64,000 bases of DNA from Blasia pusilla (Eukaryota): positions 9,858,001 through 9,922,000 of the forward strand of contig CM114271.1 of NCBI GenBank assembly GCA_050084515.1, in the 5' to 3' direction. A model generated the notes under the pieces. The model saw only the letters and a program-made list of their open reading frames with translations, had not been told where the DNA came from and did no database searches. Numbering within the stretch: position 1 is the first letter of the stretch; each line of letters starts with the position of its first letter. The position numbers and the translations under genes are program-made. Shown here piece after piece: positions 1 to 14,621 of this stretch.

Positions 1-571
1 AATTTATGCTTTCGGGAGACGTTGCCGCTGACGTTGACGTATGTATTTCATCTACTTGGTGAACAGATCCGAAAATTCGTCGCACACGTACTTGCAAAGT
101 TTTGCATTCGTGTATTGCGAGCATTGTTCGTGTGATCGAGGTTTTGTGTTTGCAGAAGCTGTGTGGTGAGTGATGCGTCCCTACCTTGTGTACTGTTACA
201 GAGGTAGTGCGAATGTCTGGCTTGGGCTCCGAGATTCGAATCTACTCGGTACCAGGCCTTCCTAGTTACTTAGTTTCTCGTCTCCCTCCTCTTCTGTCGT
301 CTTTCCTCTCTCTGAAAATTAGGCAGCTCACTTCACTATCCACACTAGCGTGACAAGCACGCTATTCGGTGGTTGTTTGTTAACGAGTTATAATTGCACC
401 TTGTCTCCGATCATGCAATAGCAGGGAGCTGCAGTCAGGGGCCTAATGTTGGTTCAAACTCCTCTAATCTCATGCAATGTTGTGCAGACAGACGCACTGT
501 AAGGTCCATTTCGAGAAAGGTCAGACTTGCCGCGGCTCTGACTGCTAGCTTTGAGTCGAAGGAATCGCAAC

Positions 572-3500
572 ATGCCGCGCGGGGAGGTCGCTAGACAGAT
601 CAGCTTGTTTGCTGATAGTACCCCACCTGGTTGTATGGGTGGCATGCTGCAAATGTTTGACTGGAACAGCGCTCTTTTAGGGAAGAAACTTCTTACGGAT
701 CCAGACTTCGCTGATGGTGAGTTTCAAACTGGACCCTGTATATGTCGTGTACAGTTTCACGTTTCCTTTCCACAGCAATTCCATGCCTCTCCAATGGTTT
801 TCCCATCTTAGTTGGAAGTTGCGCACTAATCACAATAAGTGCAGTGTGAGCCGATATGCACTTCCCCGAGCTTTATCTCATCTCCGCAATTTCAGGCACC
901 AGGATCTACACGCGAAATTCATGGCTATGTATTGTATCGTGTGATCGACATAGATTCATTATTTTTACTCTGAGCCTGAATGATTGACAGGCCTTGAAGC
1001 TCCGAGGAACAGTCTTGACATGTTGGGAGGAAGTGTAGGAAATGTCGACACCCCCAAGAGGAGTTCAGCTAGGAAAGAAGACGGGCCGGTAATTCCGACT
1101 GCCTTACTTGCTGTGTAATATATTCGGCCGGACCTTGCAGCGTGTTAGCACCTTTCAGTTGTTCCCTTACTATCTCAGATCGGCTTCGGAATGCTGTTTT
1201 TCTCACTTCCTCGATCTTGGTTGCAGTACTCTTTCAAGGTTGGGAAGTCCCTGGTTCCTCCCAGGGATTCGTCCGCTTCCGTCAGAGAGTCGGTCGCTTC
1301 CAGGGATTCGTCTGTTTCCACTAGAGATTCGTCTGTCTCTGCTGACACGGAGAAGAGGCGTCGGAGCACGAGTGTGGTTGCGCGTCTCATGGGACTCGAT
1401 CCACTACCGGATGCAACGTCTGTAGCCCCGTCGCAACAAACTCCACCAACAGCACCAAATCAGCCGAAGATTTCGAAGGAGAAGTTCATATTTGCTCAGA
1501 AATTGCTGAAAGATGCGAAAGATGTGCAATCTGCAACCAGCGAGCAAGTGAGAGATTCGGAATTGAAGGTCGTAAGGGATTCGAGAGTGCCCTACATTGA
1601 GCAAGGAAGAACTTCCGAATTGAAGTCTTTGAGAGAGCAAAGCATTCTCAGAGCCATGCAGCATCAGCGCGCTGACGTAGACCAGCTTTCAGACAAGGAC
1701 GAGGATTTTGAACCCCTCCCCTTCCGTGATCATCCTCAAGAGAAACAACTACAAGAGTTCAAGAAGCAGTTTGCCACCAAGCTAGCCATTCAAAGCCACG
1801 AGAATCGCGAAAGGCGTCAGTCGGAGTCCTTCAATCGTGAGGTCGAGGTCAAACGTGTCATGGTTCAAGAAAAGATGGACGAGGCCAAAGCAGTGCTCGC
1901 GCGTGGAGAGAAAAATGACCCGAAGCGCCTGGCAGCTGCACTCGACAAGCTCAACAAATCGAGGGAGTTCCAGGAGGTTTTGGAAGTGCTGCAATCGAAC
2001 AAGGAGTTCTTTCTAAAATTTCTCCAAGAGCCAAACGCAATCCTAGCTGATAAGCACCTTCAAGAGCCCATGGCGGAAGAGAAAGTGTACAACAATACAC
2101 CCCCAGAGACTGTAGAAGTTATGAAGCCCAAGGAGGAGGTCAAGTCGACCGAGAAGAAGAGCAAGGGTGGCATCAGCCCGAGTTCTTTCGCCAGGCGGTT
2201 CATGGAATCGCGGAGGAATCATGAGCCCAAGCAGAAGAAAGGTCACAGCTCGTCGAAATCTCGGGTGGAGGAGATGAGCCCGTCTGTGTCCTCTGCCTCC
2301 TCTGTAACTTCATTGCTTCCGACATTGCGGAGAAGCAAAGCGCCATCCGTCGACAAGGAGCTGACCGTGCGCACCGCTCAGGAGTACAGCAAGCAAACGT
2401 CCTCGTTGGAAAGCCTCAATAAGAAGGACACATACTCGCCGGGTAAAATTGTTCTTCTGAGACCAGGCTCCAACGATAGCACCGAGATTAGTAGTCCGGC
2501 CTCGGTCCCAAGCTACTCCCCACGACACTTCCGGATCGTGAAGGAGTTGAAAGAGTCCAGAGGTTATGCTGTAGAGTCCAGAGCAGTTCCAGAGCAGCAG
2601 CATCTCTACCGAGAGTCCAGTAGGAGTTCTTCGAGGGAGAAAGGCAGGCATAGTGTTGACTGCTGGGAGAATTATGCTAGTGAAGAGACAAGTAGGCATG
2701 GCAAAGAGATTGCTAGGCATCGAGCCAAGGAGAGAGAAAGATCCAAAGAGTCCAGAGACATTGCTAGAGACATCATCCGGGAAGCGAGGGCAGGTGTTGT
2801 GAGAGAGCTAGGAGGTAGAGGAGAGATCTCATCCCTTGTGGGCGACGGATCGCTCTCTCGAAGTGCTAGCACTGGCAGAAGAATTACGCTTCTAAGAATG
2901 GCGCCAGACAGCGGGGATGTCACTGGCAGTAGCGATGGAGAAGCCACTCCATATAGTGCACCCGGACGAGATTATCACCACCTTAGATCGGGAACAACGA
3001 CAGGTCTCTCTAGCCCTGCCGGTTCACGAACCAGCCGCTCCCACGAGTCTATCACACCTTTCACCCACTGCAGCACTCCTAAGATGGCAGACGGGAGAAG
3101 AAAATCGTCTGCTGAGAGGCAGAAAGAAGCGGCGTTGCTCGCTGTGCAATTGGAAGAGCAACGGCATCATCTACAGATGCAAAAGGAGCTTTCCACTCCG
3201 AGGCGGTCGTCGTCATCGGCCTCACAAGAAGGTACTCGATCCGGTTCGCCTCGGCGGAGTTCCTCCCAGATCTCTTCCAAAGTTTTGAGGAAAGCCATTG
3301 TAGGTTCCCTCTTGGATACCCAAGTGCTATCTGATTCCAGGCAAGATCAGGATTCGAGCACCAGGCACAGCCACGACAAGGCAATGAGACCGAAGCTGCT
3401 CTTTAAAGGGGAGAGGGTGATGAGTGCCATACCCAGCGAAGATGAAAGTGCCGTGAGTTCTCCAAGGAACCTACAAAGATGCCGATCGGTACCTAACGCT

Positions 3501-5619
3501 GCGGTCATGAGGGAGAGATCTCGTGCAGACCACCCCCCACTGCAGTCACAGAACACCAGATCATCCAGTCCCTTGCGTTCACACGAACCAGTAGTTGTTG
3601 TAGAGTCAGTTGTGCATCCTGGTTCAGCTGGCCATTCTCCAGCCAGCCGGGAGTTTGCCGACTCATACAAGAGGGGAGTGCAGGCTGTTGGAAGTCTGTT
3701 TGCTAGAGCCAAGAGCAAAGAGAGGAACAAAATCTTTACGAGGAACCGGAAAAAAGGTCATGCCGATCAGCTGAGTTTGCACGAATCGTCTCAAGTGAGC
3801 TCGGTGACTTCAGCGGGAGATTATGGAGCACAATGCGATTTGAGCGATGCAACTCCTCTCGAGTGGAGTGGTGTTCTGTCTGCTCAGGAGGACTCCGAAG
3901 CTGACTCTGACGTGAAGAGAATCTCCATTGCCAGTGATGCAGCGAGCATAGACCATCCAACATCTAGACCATGCGTCGAGAAGGACCTGCTCCAAGCGCT
4001 CTCTATGTTGACTCCTCGCACGCAGCAAGTTCGCGTCAACGTTGATATGGCAACGGACCAGTGCTGCAATAGTCCCGCGGCGATCGAACAATGCTACGAC
4101 AGTCCCAAGGCCTCTGACATGAACTGCGCTATCTCAGTCATTGATGTTACCGATCATTTGGAGGTATAATGGTTTCTTTAACGTTCGTCTGCTCCAGTAA
4201 TTCATTCCTCTCGTTTTACAAGTTCGGCTTCGGAGATGAGAAAGAAATAGCAATTCGGACGAGTGAGCTTACTGGGATATTTCTCGCATTTTCAGGTTCC
4301 TTTGGCAGAGCACGCGGCAAAAAGTCCGAAAACAATCCGTTCCGTAGCGACGGAGAGTCCAAGAAGCGAAGATCTGGACGTCCTGAAAACATGCGTCGAT
4401 GTTGGTGGCCAACCGAGCCCCGTTTCAGTTTTGGATTCTCCATTCGAAGAGGAGAGTCCGAGTCCTCAGGAGAATTTCAAAGAAATCACTTCTGACCTCC
4501 AAGGTAATTCGTCTGCGATAAATGCTTTGTTTATAGTAAACTTGGAGCGTATCTTGCCGTTTATTTTCTTCTCAAGTAAATTGAATCCGCAAGCTCTGTG
4601 GGGTCTATGTACGATCCGCAAGTAGATTTGCAGGGGTATACTGAATTGTAGCAGGGGTTCTTCTCCGCACATTGAGGCCTCTGTCGCCGTTCGAGACGGG
4701 AGCTTGACAAGAATCTTTTGTGTTTCTTATTGCTTGGAATCGAGCAGAATTACGTCTTCGTCTGCGTCTTCTGAAGTTGGATGGAAGCGAGAGACCGAGA
4801 CCTAGTCTTGATAGTACGGCAGAAGAGGATCATGAGACACCGGACGTGACGGTCTGCCAGGAATTCGTTGTGCGAGAGGCTGACAGCCCGGCGGAGATTG
4901 CTGATTTGTGCCACAATGAAATTTACCTGCAATCGAAACCTGAGACCCCAACGTTCGTTGAAGTTCTCCGCGTTTCTGCAGCGGAGGCAATCAATCAGGA
5001 TCGAGCTCTTCTGGAGAGCATAGACCTTGAAGGCATTCCTTATCCAGAGGGTAGGAAAGAAGATTTGGTATACGTTCGGGATCTGCTGGTGGCGTCCGAA
5101 TTCGTCCAAAGTGTCTCCCGGATCTTCACAAGATGGCACTCGCCGAATCAACCCCTGGACCCTATTTTATTTGAAAACCTCGAGGATTACTACAATGGTT
5201 GTCAGCCCCAATTCTTAGTGCAGGAAGGGCACATGAAGAGCACAGCTGGAGTGACGGCAGAGCTTGCGGTGAAGCAAGATCACCGTCTGCTATTCGACGC
5301 GGTGAACGATGTGCTCTTGAAGAAGTTGGGCCCTTACTTGACCTTCCATCCTTGGGTTCAACCCAGTAATCCTCTGCTGCTGCGACCCATTGCCACGGGC
5401 CGCCAGCTAGTGTTGGAGACATGGACAGCCTTGTGCTCTTCATTTCCCTCAGCTTTCTCGGATGCCTCCAGCTCCCTGTTGGAAAGGGAGCTCAGCGAAG
5501 GCACGGACTCGATTTGTCACCGTCACAACCTGGAGCAGCTCGGGTTGGAGCTGGAGAGAGCCATCCTCAACGACTTGATTGACGACACGGTTCTCTCCCT
5601 CACTCAACTCAGTCACTAA
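572..5619 (+). CDS. TRM: TON1-recruiting-motif (TRM)/LONGIFOLIA-family protein, ~1419 aa; exons 572-716, 991-1088, 1227-4163, 4296-4503, 4748-5619
   Basis: All four introns are GT-AG and the spliced length is 4260 nt, in frame with no stops. Motifs: GCMGGMLQMFDW, GLEAPRNSL, SVVARLMGLD (VARLMGL), FQEVLEVLQSNKEFFLKFLQEP (DUF3741-like), KIVLLRP, QPSPVSVLDSPFEEE, and C-terminal DHRLLFDAVN...LERAILNDLIDD (DUF4378-like). Confidence 0.92.
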
Positions 5620-6672
5620 ATTAATCGAAACTAATCTCACCAATCGTCACCACCGTGTCACAATTACTTTCAATTTCACTCACTCGCACTCATTTGGCAA
5701 CTCGGTCAAATGTTTGTCGGTAACTTCATTCATACCACTACCAGCAAGCCTTTTGAGATTTCAGTCAAGTCTACATCAGTGGTCAGCTAACGACCCTGCC
5801 TCTCTTGGGATGTACACTGACGTCAAGATTGAGTGTCTTGTCATCCTGGTCTTATTGAACTTCGCACCACCCACCAGAGGGCTGACAAGCAGTTGACTAC
5901 TGTAACTACTTCATCCATCTTTGGTTATATGATGTCAAGTGGACGAAGCCTTTCTTTGTTAGGAAGGTCCGCCGCACCCATTCAGATTTCAGGAGTTGGC
6001 CTTATTCTGGATGTATATATACTTTCGCCATCGAGAAGAAACTCTCCCTTCTTGGAATTTCACGAGCTCCAGAAATATCAAGAGCGCTATCGGCAAGTTG
6101 CCAGCTTCCACGTCTTTATGTCATTTTCGTGATGAACAAGAGCTTCTTGTCTGGATATGGTTTCCGAACGGATCCATCCGCAGCAGCCGCTCATGTACAC
6201 CAGCATCTGGATTTTCGTGAAGGTCGACTTATTCCAGGAGCAGTATTGGGCCAGCTCTAACGCTGGAAGGAGGTATCATTTGGACAGGAGAAATACAACT
6301 CTATCGAAAGACGCAACTTTCGGCGTTTTGAGTCCGCTATGACTCCCCGGTATTCGGCAGTATCGCATCGCAGCTCATGTCATCCCCGCCTCCATAACTT
6401 ATGACATTCTTCTTCCCAAACGAGTGTTTGAAGTACTATATGTAGATCCTCTGTTTTATTCTCTTATTGCCAAATACAGGCATAGGCTAAGCAGCCCTAT
6501 AGAAGAAAAATTATGAGAGCATCTCTCGATGCTCCTCTATTGTACAAGTTCGAGCTGCAACAGATGTGATTCATTCATCTTTAAGTCTGCACATTGTCTG
6601 GAATTTCCGCCACTTTAAGTCATCCGGTTCTCCGTTGAATTCTTCCCCGAATGTCAAATCGGTGAGTATTTA

Positions 6673-6962
6673 TTCGAGTATATTTCAGCCGATACGTTAT
6701 CTCGATCATCATAATTTCAGGCAAAGTTAATACATAACCTAGACATAGACCTTCCGTTCTAGCGCCTAATCTTAGGCTTAAGTGAACATTCAGATCGTTG
6801 GCTTGCTGCCATCTACAGATGCTATTCTCACTTTCTGTTTCGAGTATATTTCAGCCGATAAACTATCTCGCTCATCATCATTTCAGGCACATTTTATACA
6901 TAACCTAGACATAGACCTTATGTTCTTGCGCCTAAGTGAACATTCAGATCGTTGGCCTGCTG
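6673..6962. repeat. Diverged tandem duplication, two ~125-135 bp copies about 166 bp apart
   Basis: ttcgagtatatttcagccgata...catagacctt...aagtgaacattcagatcgttgg occurs at ~6673 and ~6839. Confidence 0.85.
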
Positions 6963-8238
6963 TAGGAGATAGAGTGGAAGAGGGGAGTCATCATACAAGA
7001 GAGAAATGGTTAGAAGAGAGGAGAGAGGGAACCCAAAAGATTTTTTTTCTTAGAGAATTTTTGGTAATTTGAAAAGAAATTTCTATGGGTTGAAGAGAGG
7101 AAAAAAAATTTAGTTCATATCTTACATTTATGTTTTTTTTAGACATTTTCTCCCCACATTTAAAAAAATAAATTTATTAGGCATTTACTCCCCATTCCTT
7201 TTTCCTTTCTTCCCCGCTATGGCAACATATCTAAATCCGATAAGTTGCACCATACATGAAATAATATCGTATCCAATCAACACTCGGTACGAAATTACAA
7301 AATTGGAATAATTCATTGGAAGTACAAATGTGGAACAATTCACTTTTTCCATCCAAGGTCCGAAAAAGATATCATTTAAGAATAATGATGAAAGTTCAAG
7401 TTTGCAGTTCCAAACTACACTCTCAAACCTGATGTTGCATCCTTACAGTCGCTTGTTTAAAATACTACACACTTCCTTCTTTTGGAGACAAAATCAGTAG
7501 GTGGATTCCTACTCTTCGGTCTGACTTTCTAAAAGCTATGAGCAAAACATAATACATAGCCTTAAAAGGGAAGTACCTTTTCTCCCTTGTCTCTCTATGG
7601 ACAAAATTATCACACGAATATGTAGGAAAGCAATAGACGTGCACAACCATCTCGAATAACTAAGTTTGTGGCACCCATACCAAGGAGGGACCCACGAAGC
7701 AAGTCATGATCATGGATCCTAGGAGGCAAGACCTTGGTGTGACCCACCAAATTTGCAACCTAGACTAGCTAGTCGTGAGACTAGGAAGGGCGGCGAAACC
7801 AATCGCGGGACTAACGCTAGATTAGACGTGCACGTGTCTTGTGACTAGCTTTAGGTGAGAAGGGGAGTAGCTACTTGTAGGGACAAAGCCAAGGCAAGTA
7901 AGTTTCGAGACCTTAGAGCCAAGCACCAAGTCAATTAAGAGAAGCAAGGAACATATGAGTAGTCAAGAAGGGCTCGACGTCTCAAAACTAGTCACGAAAC
8001 ACAAAGTGTGTCAAGACAACCATGAGACGCCAAACACAAAGTCAATGTGGGGGCTAGCCAAGAGACACATGGAACACGGGTCCAAGCTCCAAGATGTGTT
8101 TGGGTAGCCAAGAGTTGCATAAGCTGCAAGAAGCCTCCGCCAAGCCATCTTGATGGTCAAATGTCAAATGCTGGTCCGCATGTCGTGCGCCTACTCCTCT
8201 TGAACATCAATCTTCAGTATTGTGGAAGCCTACGTTTA

Positions 8239-9269
8239 TGTCGCGACCCTCATAACCAAACAACACCAAATACGCGCCAAGCGAAACATCAGAACTCAAA
8301 GGAACTCACGCCGCGAGGTTTGCGCTTTGGAGAGGCGTTTGGAAGAGTCTCTTGGAAAAGTCTAAGAGACGAAACGTGGAACATAGTTGTGCGTTTCATG
8401 CATTAGTGGTCGCGACCAGGAAACCTAGACCAAACGCGAGCCGAGACTTGAGAAGAGTTGAGTCTCGGAGGTTGGTTGCCAAGGAGGTGAGAACCAGTTT
8501 GGAACACGGCTAGCGTTTGGGAGAATCTGACTGTGTTTAGGACCATAACGTTGAGCTCCGAGATGCGTTCGGGACAAGTAAGGGCGCGTTGGAAAGCTGA
8601 TCTTGAGACGCTTCCAACGCACCAAAGATCTCAGCAAACGCATAAGTACAGGCTGAGATATTGGCCGAAAACGATTCAGAGAGCAATCGGGTTGAGGGCC
8701 AGTTGAGGGGGCCAGGTGTCTTTCCTAAATGTAGGGGCCCCGGAGATCCCCAGAAGTACTAGTAAGGGGAGTACCTTCTCTGAGATGTCTCGGGAAACGA
8801 AACCCCACTTTGGGCGCCAAACGGCGTTTCAGAGGCACGGGATGAAACGGGAGTTTGGCGCGGAAACCCGAAACCCAAACCTGATCCAAGGGAGTGGACT
8901 TTGTACGCCACACTTGGATTCCAACCCGAGATTCACTTCGTGCGAGTCTTGGTGAGGAACTCATTGGATGTTCATCGGACAGATTGGAACCGCTTAGGCG
9001 CGCGAAACGCCGCTTTGAGTTCCTGAACCGACAGAAAGTCATCCCAAGTCTTTCGAGACTTGCCCGTGTTGGAAACCGCGAAACTAGGAAGGTTGAGCTT
9101 GAAGAGAGAGTCCGAGACGAGAACTCGGAAAGTAATCCCGCTGATTGATCCAAGACCCGACTAACCGAAGTGCGTGTTTGGATGCAGATCAGCGTTGAGA
9201 GCGTGACCTACTGAACGCACGCTTCCGCAACAAACAAGATTAACGTTCAAGGAGAGTAGGCGCACGACA
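8239..9269 (+). repeat. 5' LTR of gypsy element 1
   Basis: TGTCGCGACC...GCACGACA, near-identical to 14622-15648, followed by the PBS. Confidence 0.96.
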
Positions 9270-9271
9270 CG

Positions 9272-9283
9272 TGGTATCAGAGC
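9272..9283 (+). promoter_or_regulatory. Primer-binding site (initiator tRNA-Met type)
   Basis: TGGTATCAGAGC, 2 nt after the LTR end. Confidence 0.9.
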
Positions 9284-9421
9284 AATTCCTTGATGAGCGT
9301 GAACTTGGGGTCGTTGAAGATCTGGACGTTTGGGGAGAACTCAAGGTAGCCGGAAGACCGCGACGCCGAGGAGGAACGCAAGAGGCGAGGAGGAGATCTG
9401 AGAAAAGGCGACGACTCGCAA

Positions 9422-12400
9422 ATGGCGACCAAGGACGAAGAACCGAGGAAACCGCGAGTCAAAGCAAAGAAGCCAAGAGACGAATCAATGACGGACCGAG
9501 AGCCGGAGGTGGAATTTGCGACTCCCGAAGTGCCGAGTCCCAGACATGAGGATGTTCCAACCGAAAATCTTTCCGCGGGACCTTCGGGTCCAAACTTAAA
9601 CGACCCGGCCTTTTATGCCCAAATGATGGGAGTGATGAAGGTGATGGCGGACCAGATGGCTGAACAGAGCAAGGTGATCTCGGAATTCAAGTCAAATGGA
9701 GCCTCTAGTTCTGGCAAGAAGCTTTGTAAGACTAATTTGCCAACGCCATTCACAGGAATGGGGCGTTCTCGGAAAGTGAGCGAGTTTCTAACGGAACTCG
9801 AACTCTATTTCAAGTGCAAAAAGCGAGATGAACAAGACAAGGTGATCAGAGCGGTCACGTTTCAAGGATCACGCTCTCCATTGGTGGACGGCTCACCGCA
9901 AAGAACATCTAGGTCGTGGGAAAACGTTGAGTTGGGAAGATTTCAAGGAGTTGATTGGGAATCGATTCACTCCGGAATATCAGGAGTACCGCGATGGCAT
10001 GGAGGTGGTGAGGTTGCGCCAGAGTGGATCACTTGGTGCTTATGTGCGAGAGTTTAGTGCGCTCATGAGTGCACTTTCCACGGACGAACATACTAAAAAG
10101 GTGATCTTCCTAAGTGGGCTCAAACCGAGTGCCGAGAAGGCTCTCTTTCGTATGCCTCACATCCCAGAGACGTGCGCGGACCTCTTGAGACTAGCCGAGC
10201 GGATTGGGGACGATGAAGTCCAACACCCGAAACCCTTTGAGACAAAAAGTTTTTCTAAGTTACAGAAGAATAAAGGGACATCCAAGAGGGTTTGGAATGG
10301 GGGTGAGCGCGACCACGGAGGGTCTCTCGCCCCAGCGGCGAAACGAGTGGAACTCAACGCGAAGCCGAAGGGGCCGCCGTTTACGAAGTCAACGAATGCC
10401 AAAGTGATTTGTTATAATTGTGGCGAACCCGGGCATATGGCTAAGGAATGTGTGAGGCCCAAGGTTAGTAAACCGAGTATGATTGCGTTTGCCGCTAAGC
10501 ATTTATCGGAGGGAGATCTAGATACATCTCTACAAGTCACCAAGAGAACGCCCAATTTGGTTTACCTAGGATCCAAGATCGCTAATCGCGATGTGATGTT
10601 GCTCGTTGATACAGGTGCTTCGCACTCATTCTTGAGTCCGAGAATCGTAAAAACGTTGGGATTGCCAACCACCAAAGCGGATGAACCCATTAGGGTAGGA
10701 TTCGCGGGAGGAAAATCCCACCAGACATCAGATCTGGTTTTAGGGCTAGTTGTGAGATGCGGAGTGTTTGAGTTGAAAGAGAATTTTTCTGATTTGTTGA
10801 GATGGACGGAATCGACGGAGTCTTGGGGAACACGTTCTTGGATGCGTATGAGGTGGGGCGAGGCGGAGACCTTTGAGGTTAAGCGTCTTGGTTAACGGCA
10901 AACGGACGGACGTCGATTGGTTCGTGAGGTGCCTAGAAAGACGGAGTTGGTGAACGCCATCACGAGGACGAAGTTTGGCGAGTTAGAGGAAGGATTCCTT
11001 TGCTTGATGAGACGAGTAGAGGATGAAGCAAGCGCAAGATGCAGAGATCAGAACTCAGCTTCAAGGGAGATCCCTGAAACACTCAAGAGAGTTGTGAAAG
11101 AATTTGAAGATGTGTTGACTAAGGAGCTTCCGACTGAGTTGCCACCACATAGGGCGGTTGATCATAAGATTGAGGTGATACCAGGATCTCAACCACCTTC
11201 AAAGGCACCATATAGGTTGAATCAAAAGGAACTTGCTGAGTTGAAGAAACAGTTGGGTGAACTCCTAGAGAGGGGTTACATCCGAACGAGCAAGTCACCT
11301 TATGGGGCGCCCGTCCTCTTTGTCAAGAAGAAGGATGGGAAGTTGAGACTCGTGTTGATTATCGGGCGCTGAATAAAGTGACGGTAAGGAATAACTATCC
11401 TCTACCGAGGATGGATGACCTCTTTGATCGATTGTCGGGTGCCAAGTATTTCAGCCGGATTGACCTGAAATCAGGATATTATCAGATTCGGATTGCCGGG
11501 CGGATGTAGAGAAGACCGCCAGAGGGACGAGATACTGGTTCGTTCGAGTTTGTAGTAATGCCTTTCGGTCTTTGTAATGCGCCTCCAACGTTTACCACTT
11601 TGATGAACTCCATCTTTCACAAGGAGACGGATGAGTTTGTGATCATCTATATAGATGACATACTCATCTATTCGAAAACACTAGAGGAGCACGCTCGACA
11701 TTTGAAGACGGTGTTTGAGAAACTTAGGGCGAACAAGCTGTATGCGAATGCGGATAAGAGTGAGTTCGGTTTGACGAAGATCAAGTTCTTGGAACATGTG
11801 GTCAGTGCGGATGGAGTGAGTCCGGACATGGAAAAGGTGAGCGCGATTGCGAATGGGAACCGCCTTCCACGGTGAAGGGATGCGAAGGTTCATCTGAGTC
11901 GCATCGCTTTTACGGACATACGTGAAGAATTTTTCGGGCATAGTGAAACCTCTCACGGATTGGACCGCAAAGTTTGCCAATACTACATGGACCGAGGAAG
12001 TGGATAAAGCGTTCAATCGAGTCAAAGAGATCCTCTCAGAACCGATTCAAAGCGCCGGAGTTTGAACAACGCTCGAGGTGCACACGGATGCTAGTGATTT
12101 CGCGATTGCAGGAATGTTGGTGCAAAAAGGAGACTCAGAGCATACGAAAGCAAGAAGTCGACCGACACCGAAAGGAGATGGCCTACTCATGAGAAAGAGT
12201 TGTTTGCGGTGGTTCATTGCTTGAGGAAGTGGCGTCACTATTTGGGACTTCACAGACTCGAGTATTCACCGATAACATATCGCTCAAGTATTTTGAGACC
12301 AGGATCGCGTGGCGCCAAAACAACTTCGGTGGCATGATACCTTGGCGTTGATGAATGTGGAGCTAATCCACAAGCCGGGGAAAGACAATGTCATTCCAGA

Positions 12401-13928
12401 TGCGTTAAGTCGCAGGGATGAACACATGCCATCGACGACACGAGTGTTGAGAGCAATGTTCCCTAATGAAACAGACCTGGAAAGAAGGATTCGTGAAGGA
12501 TACATGAAGGATAAGCAAGCGAGGGAGTACCTTGGGAAGTTAAAGCGGGGCGAAAAGGTGGCCAATCTGAGTTTGAGACACGGCTTGCTAAGGTTTAAGC
12601 AGAGCAGGATCTATGTAGGCCAAGGCAAGTTACGAACCAAGGTGTTTGTGGAATGTCATGATGGACCTTTGGCGGGACACAAAGGGGAGAAATCCTCTTC
12701 TTTGTTTTGTCTAAGAGGTTCTTCCGGCCCAACATGAAGGAAGATGTTGCTCAATATGTGAAAACATGCGTGACTCCTGCCAGCGAACAAGCGTGTCTTA
12801 TGCGAAGAAACAAGGTTTACTTCATCCTTTGCCAATCCCGGAGGGACCCTTGCAAAGCATTAGCATGGATTTCATTACGAGTCTTCGAATCTGAGGGATA
12901 CAACGCTATACTTGTGATAGTTGATCGGTTTAGCAAGTTGGGGAGGTTTGTGCCGACGAGAGAGTGCGACGGCCACGCGACTTCCGACTATTCCTGGATG
13001 GTTGGTGGCGTGCGCGCACGGATTGCCTAGGAGCATTGTGTCCGATCGGGATCCGAAGTTTACAAAGTGCCTTTTGGAAACATCTATTCAGGAGGTTCCG
13101 GACCAAACTCAGCTTTAGTACGGCCTTCCATCCTCAAACGGATGGGCAAACGGAAAAAAAGTAAACTCGGTCGTAAACCAATACTTACGGAATTACGTGA
13201 GTGCGGACCAAAGAGATTGGGCCAAGTGGTTAAGTATGGCTGAGTATTGTTACAACTCGACTAAGCATTGCAACCGGAGAATCTCCGTTTCTTCGGCGTA
13301 TCAAAGAGAACCGGAAGGGCCTCTTGACTTAGCTCTTTCGAAGGGCAATACATCGACACACACTCGTCAAGCAACGGCGGAATGTTTGTTAGTGGAAATG
13401 CAGAACGACAAGAGCGGCGAGAGAAAGTCTCGCCAAGGCTCAACTAAGGTACGTAAAGCATGCTAACAAAAGTCGGCGCCATGTGAGTTTCAAGTTGGGG
13501 AACAAGTGTGGTTGAGTGTTAAGAATCTCACTCTTCCGAAAGAATTATCGAAATTGTCACCAAGTATCTTTGGACCGTATGTGATCAAGGCAAGGCCGTT
13601 TGAGGATGTGTACACGTTGGAGCCGCCAAACGAGTTCAAGATTCACCCGACTTTCCATGTGTCATTATTGAAGAAGTATCTTCAAGACAATGTGCGCCCG
13701 GAGCGAAGGAGGATGTTGAGACCACAACCGGTCATCGAAATGAGGAACCGAGTTCGAGGTTGAGACTATTCTGCGTTCAGGCGTAGAGGGGCCACCAATC
13801 ACGAGTACTTGGTCAAGTGGAAAGGCTATCATGTGAAAGAGGCGACTTGGATTGCGGAGGCGGATCTAGAACATGCGCAAGAAGCATTGCGTGACTTCAG
13901 ATGGATGCAAGAGAGGCACACGCGTTAG
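9422..13928 (+). pseudogene. Frameshifted gag-pol of gypsy element 1
   Basis: Zinc knuckle CYNCGEPGHMAKEC, protease [27 protein letters not shown] and YIDDILIYS, RNase H KPGKDNVIPDALSR, integrase [10 protein letters not shown] and [10 protein letters not shown], chromodomain EYLVKWKGY. Spread over many frames. Confidence 0.93.
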
Positions 13929-14621
13929 TACATGGTGAAGCAATGGACATAACTTGTGACCGGAAAGCTTGGGCCGATAACCCGTTGTAACTAGAAAGGT
14001 TTAGTTGTTGCAATAAAGAAGACATGGATTTGGAGATTCGATGCTTGTATTGTAATTTTGAGTTTGGTTTGTGCAAGGCAATGAGTAGTTCTTCATATGC
14101 TTAGGATGTAAGTCAAGGAGACCAAACAATGAGTATTTGAGGTGAGAGCTTGTATTCAGATAAGGCATCTAGATCAGGACCAAGTGTTGAAGTACTAGCA
14201 TTTGGGCTCGCCCTAACGTCGGCGGGGCAGATGAGTCTGTCTTGGGGTTTGTGGTGATCTCATTCATGTTTCATGACTGAACTTAGTGACGCGCCTAGGT
14301 GGAATACAGGTGACCCAAAAGTAGTACGAGTTGGCTAGGTAGACAGGCGGTTGTTTACAAATAGTGAGTGAAGTGTTAGGTTGCAGACTTAGTGAGCTTA
14401 TTTTGATAGTTAGATTAGTTTGGCAGAACTAGTCTAGGCTCATCAGAAAGCAAAAGCTGATAAGTCTAAGTGCTGCAAGCGACAAACCTAAGACTTAAGC
14501 CAAAAAGAGGAATTGCGGGTTAGCTACGTAACGCGATTACGTGTTAAGGGTCGGCTTCCCAGAACTTAACATCAATAAGGTTTGCGTTGATGAGGACATC
14601 AACCTTCTAAGGAGGGGTGAG

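Noticed and set aside
1262-1342. Short RDSS(A/V)S coding repeat in the TRM gene
   Set aside because: Ordinary low-complexity expansion in a disordered region; frame preserved.
1404-5643. Many antisense and alternate-frame ORFs overlapping the TRM gene
   Set aside because: Shadow ORFs of a long coding sequence with no independent motifs.
6960-7230. Possible MITE (purine-rich left end, pyrimidine-rich right end, AT-rich core)
   Set aside because: The inverted match is too weak and no TSD could be identified.
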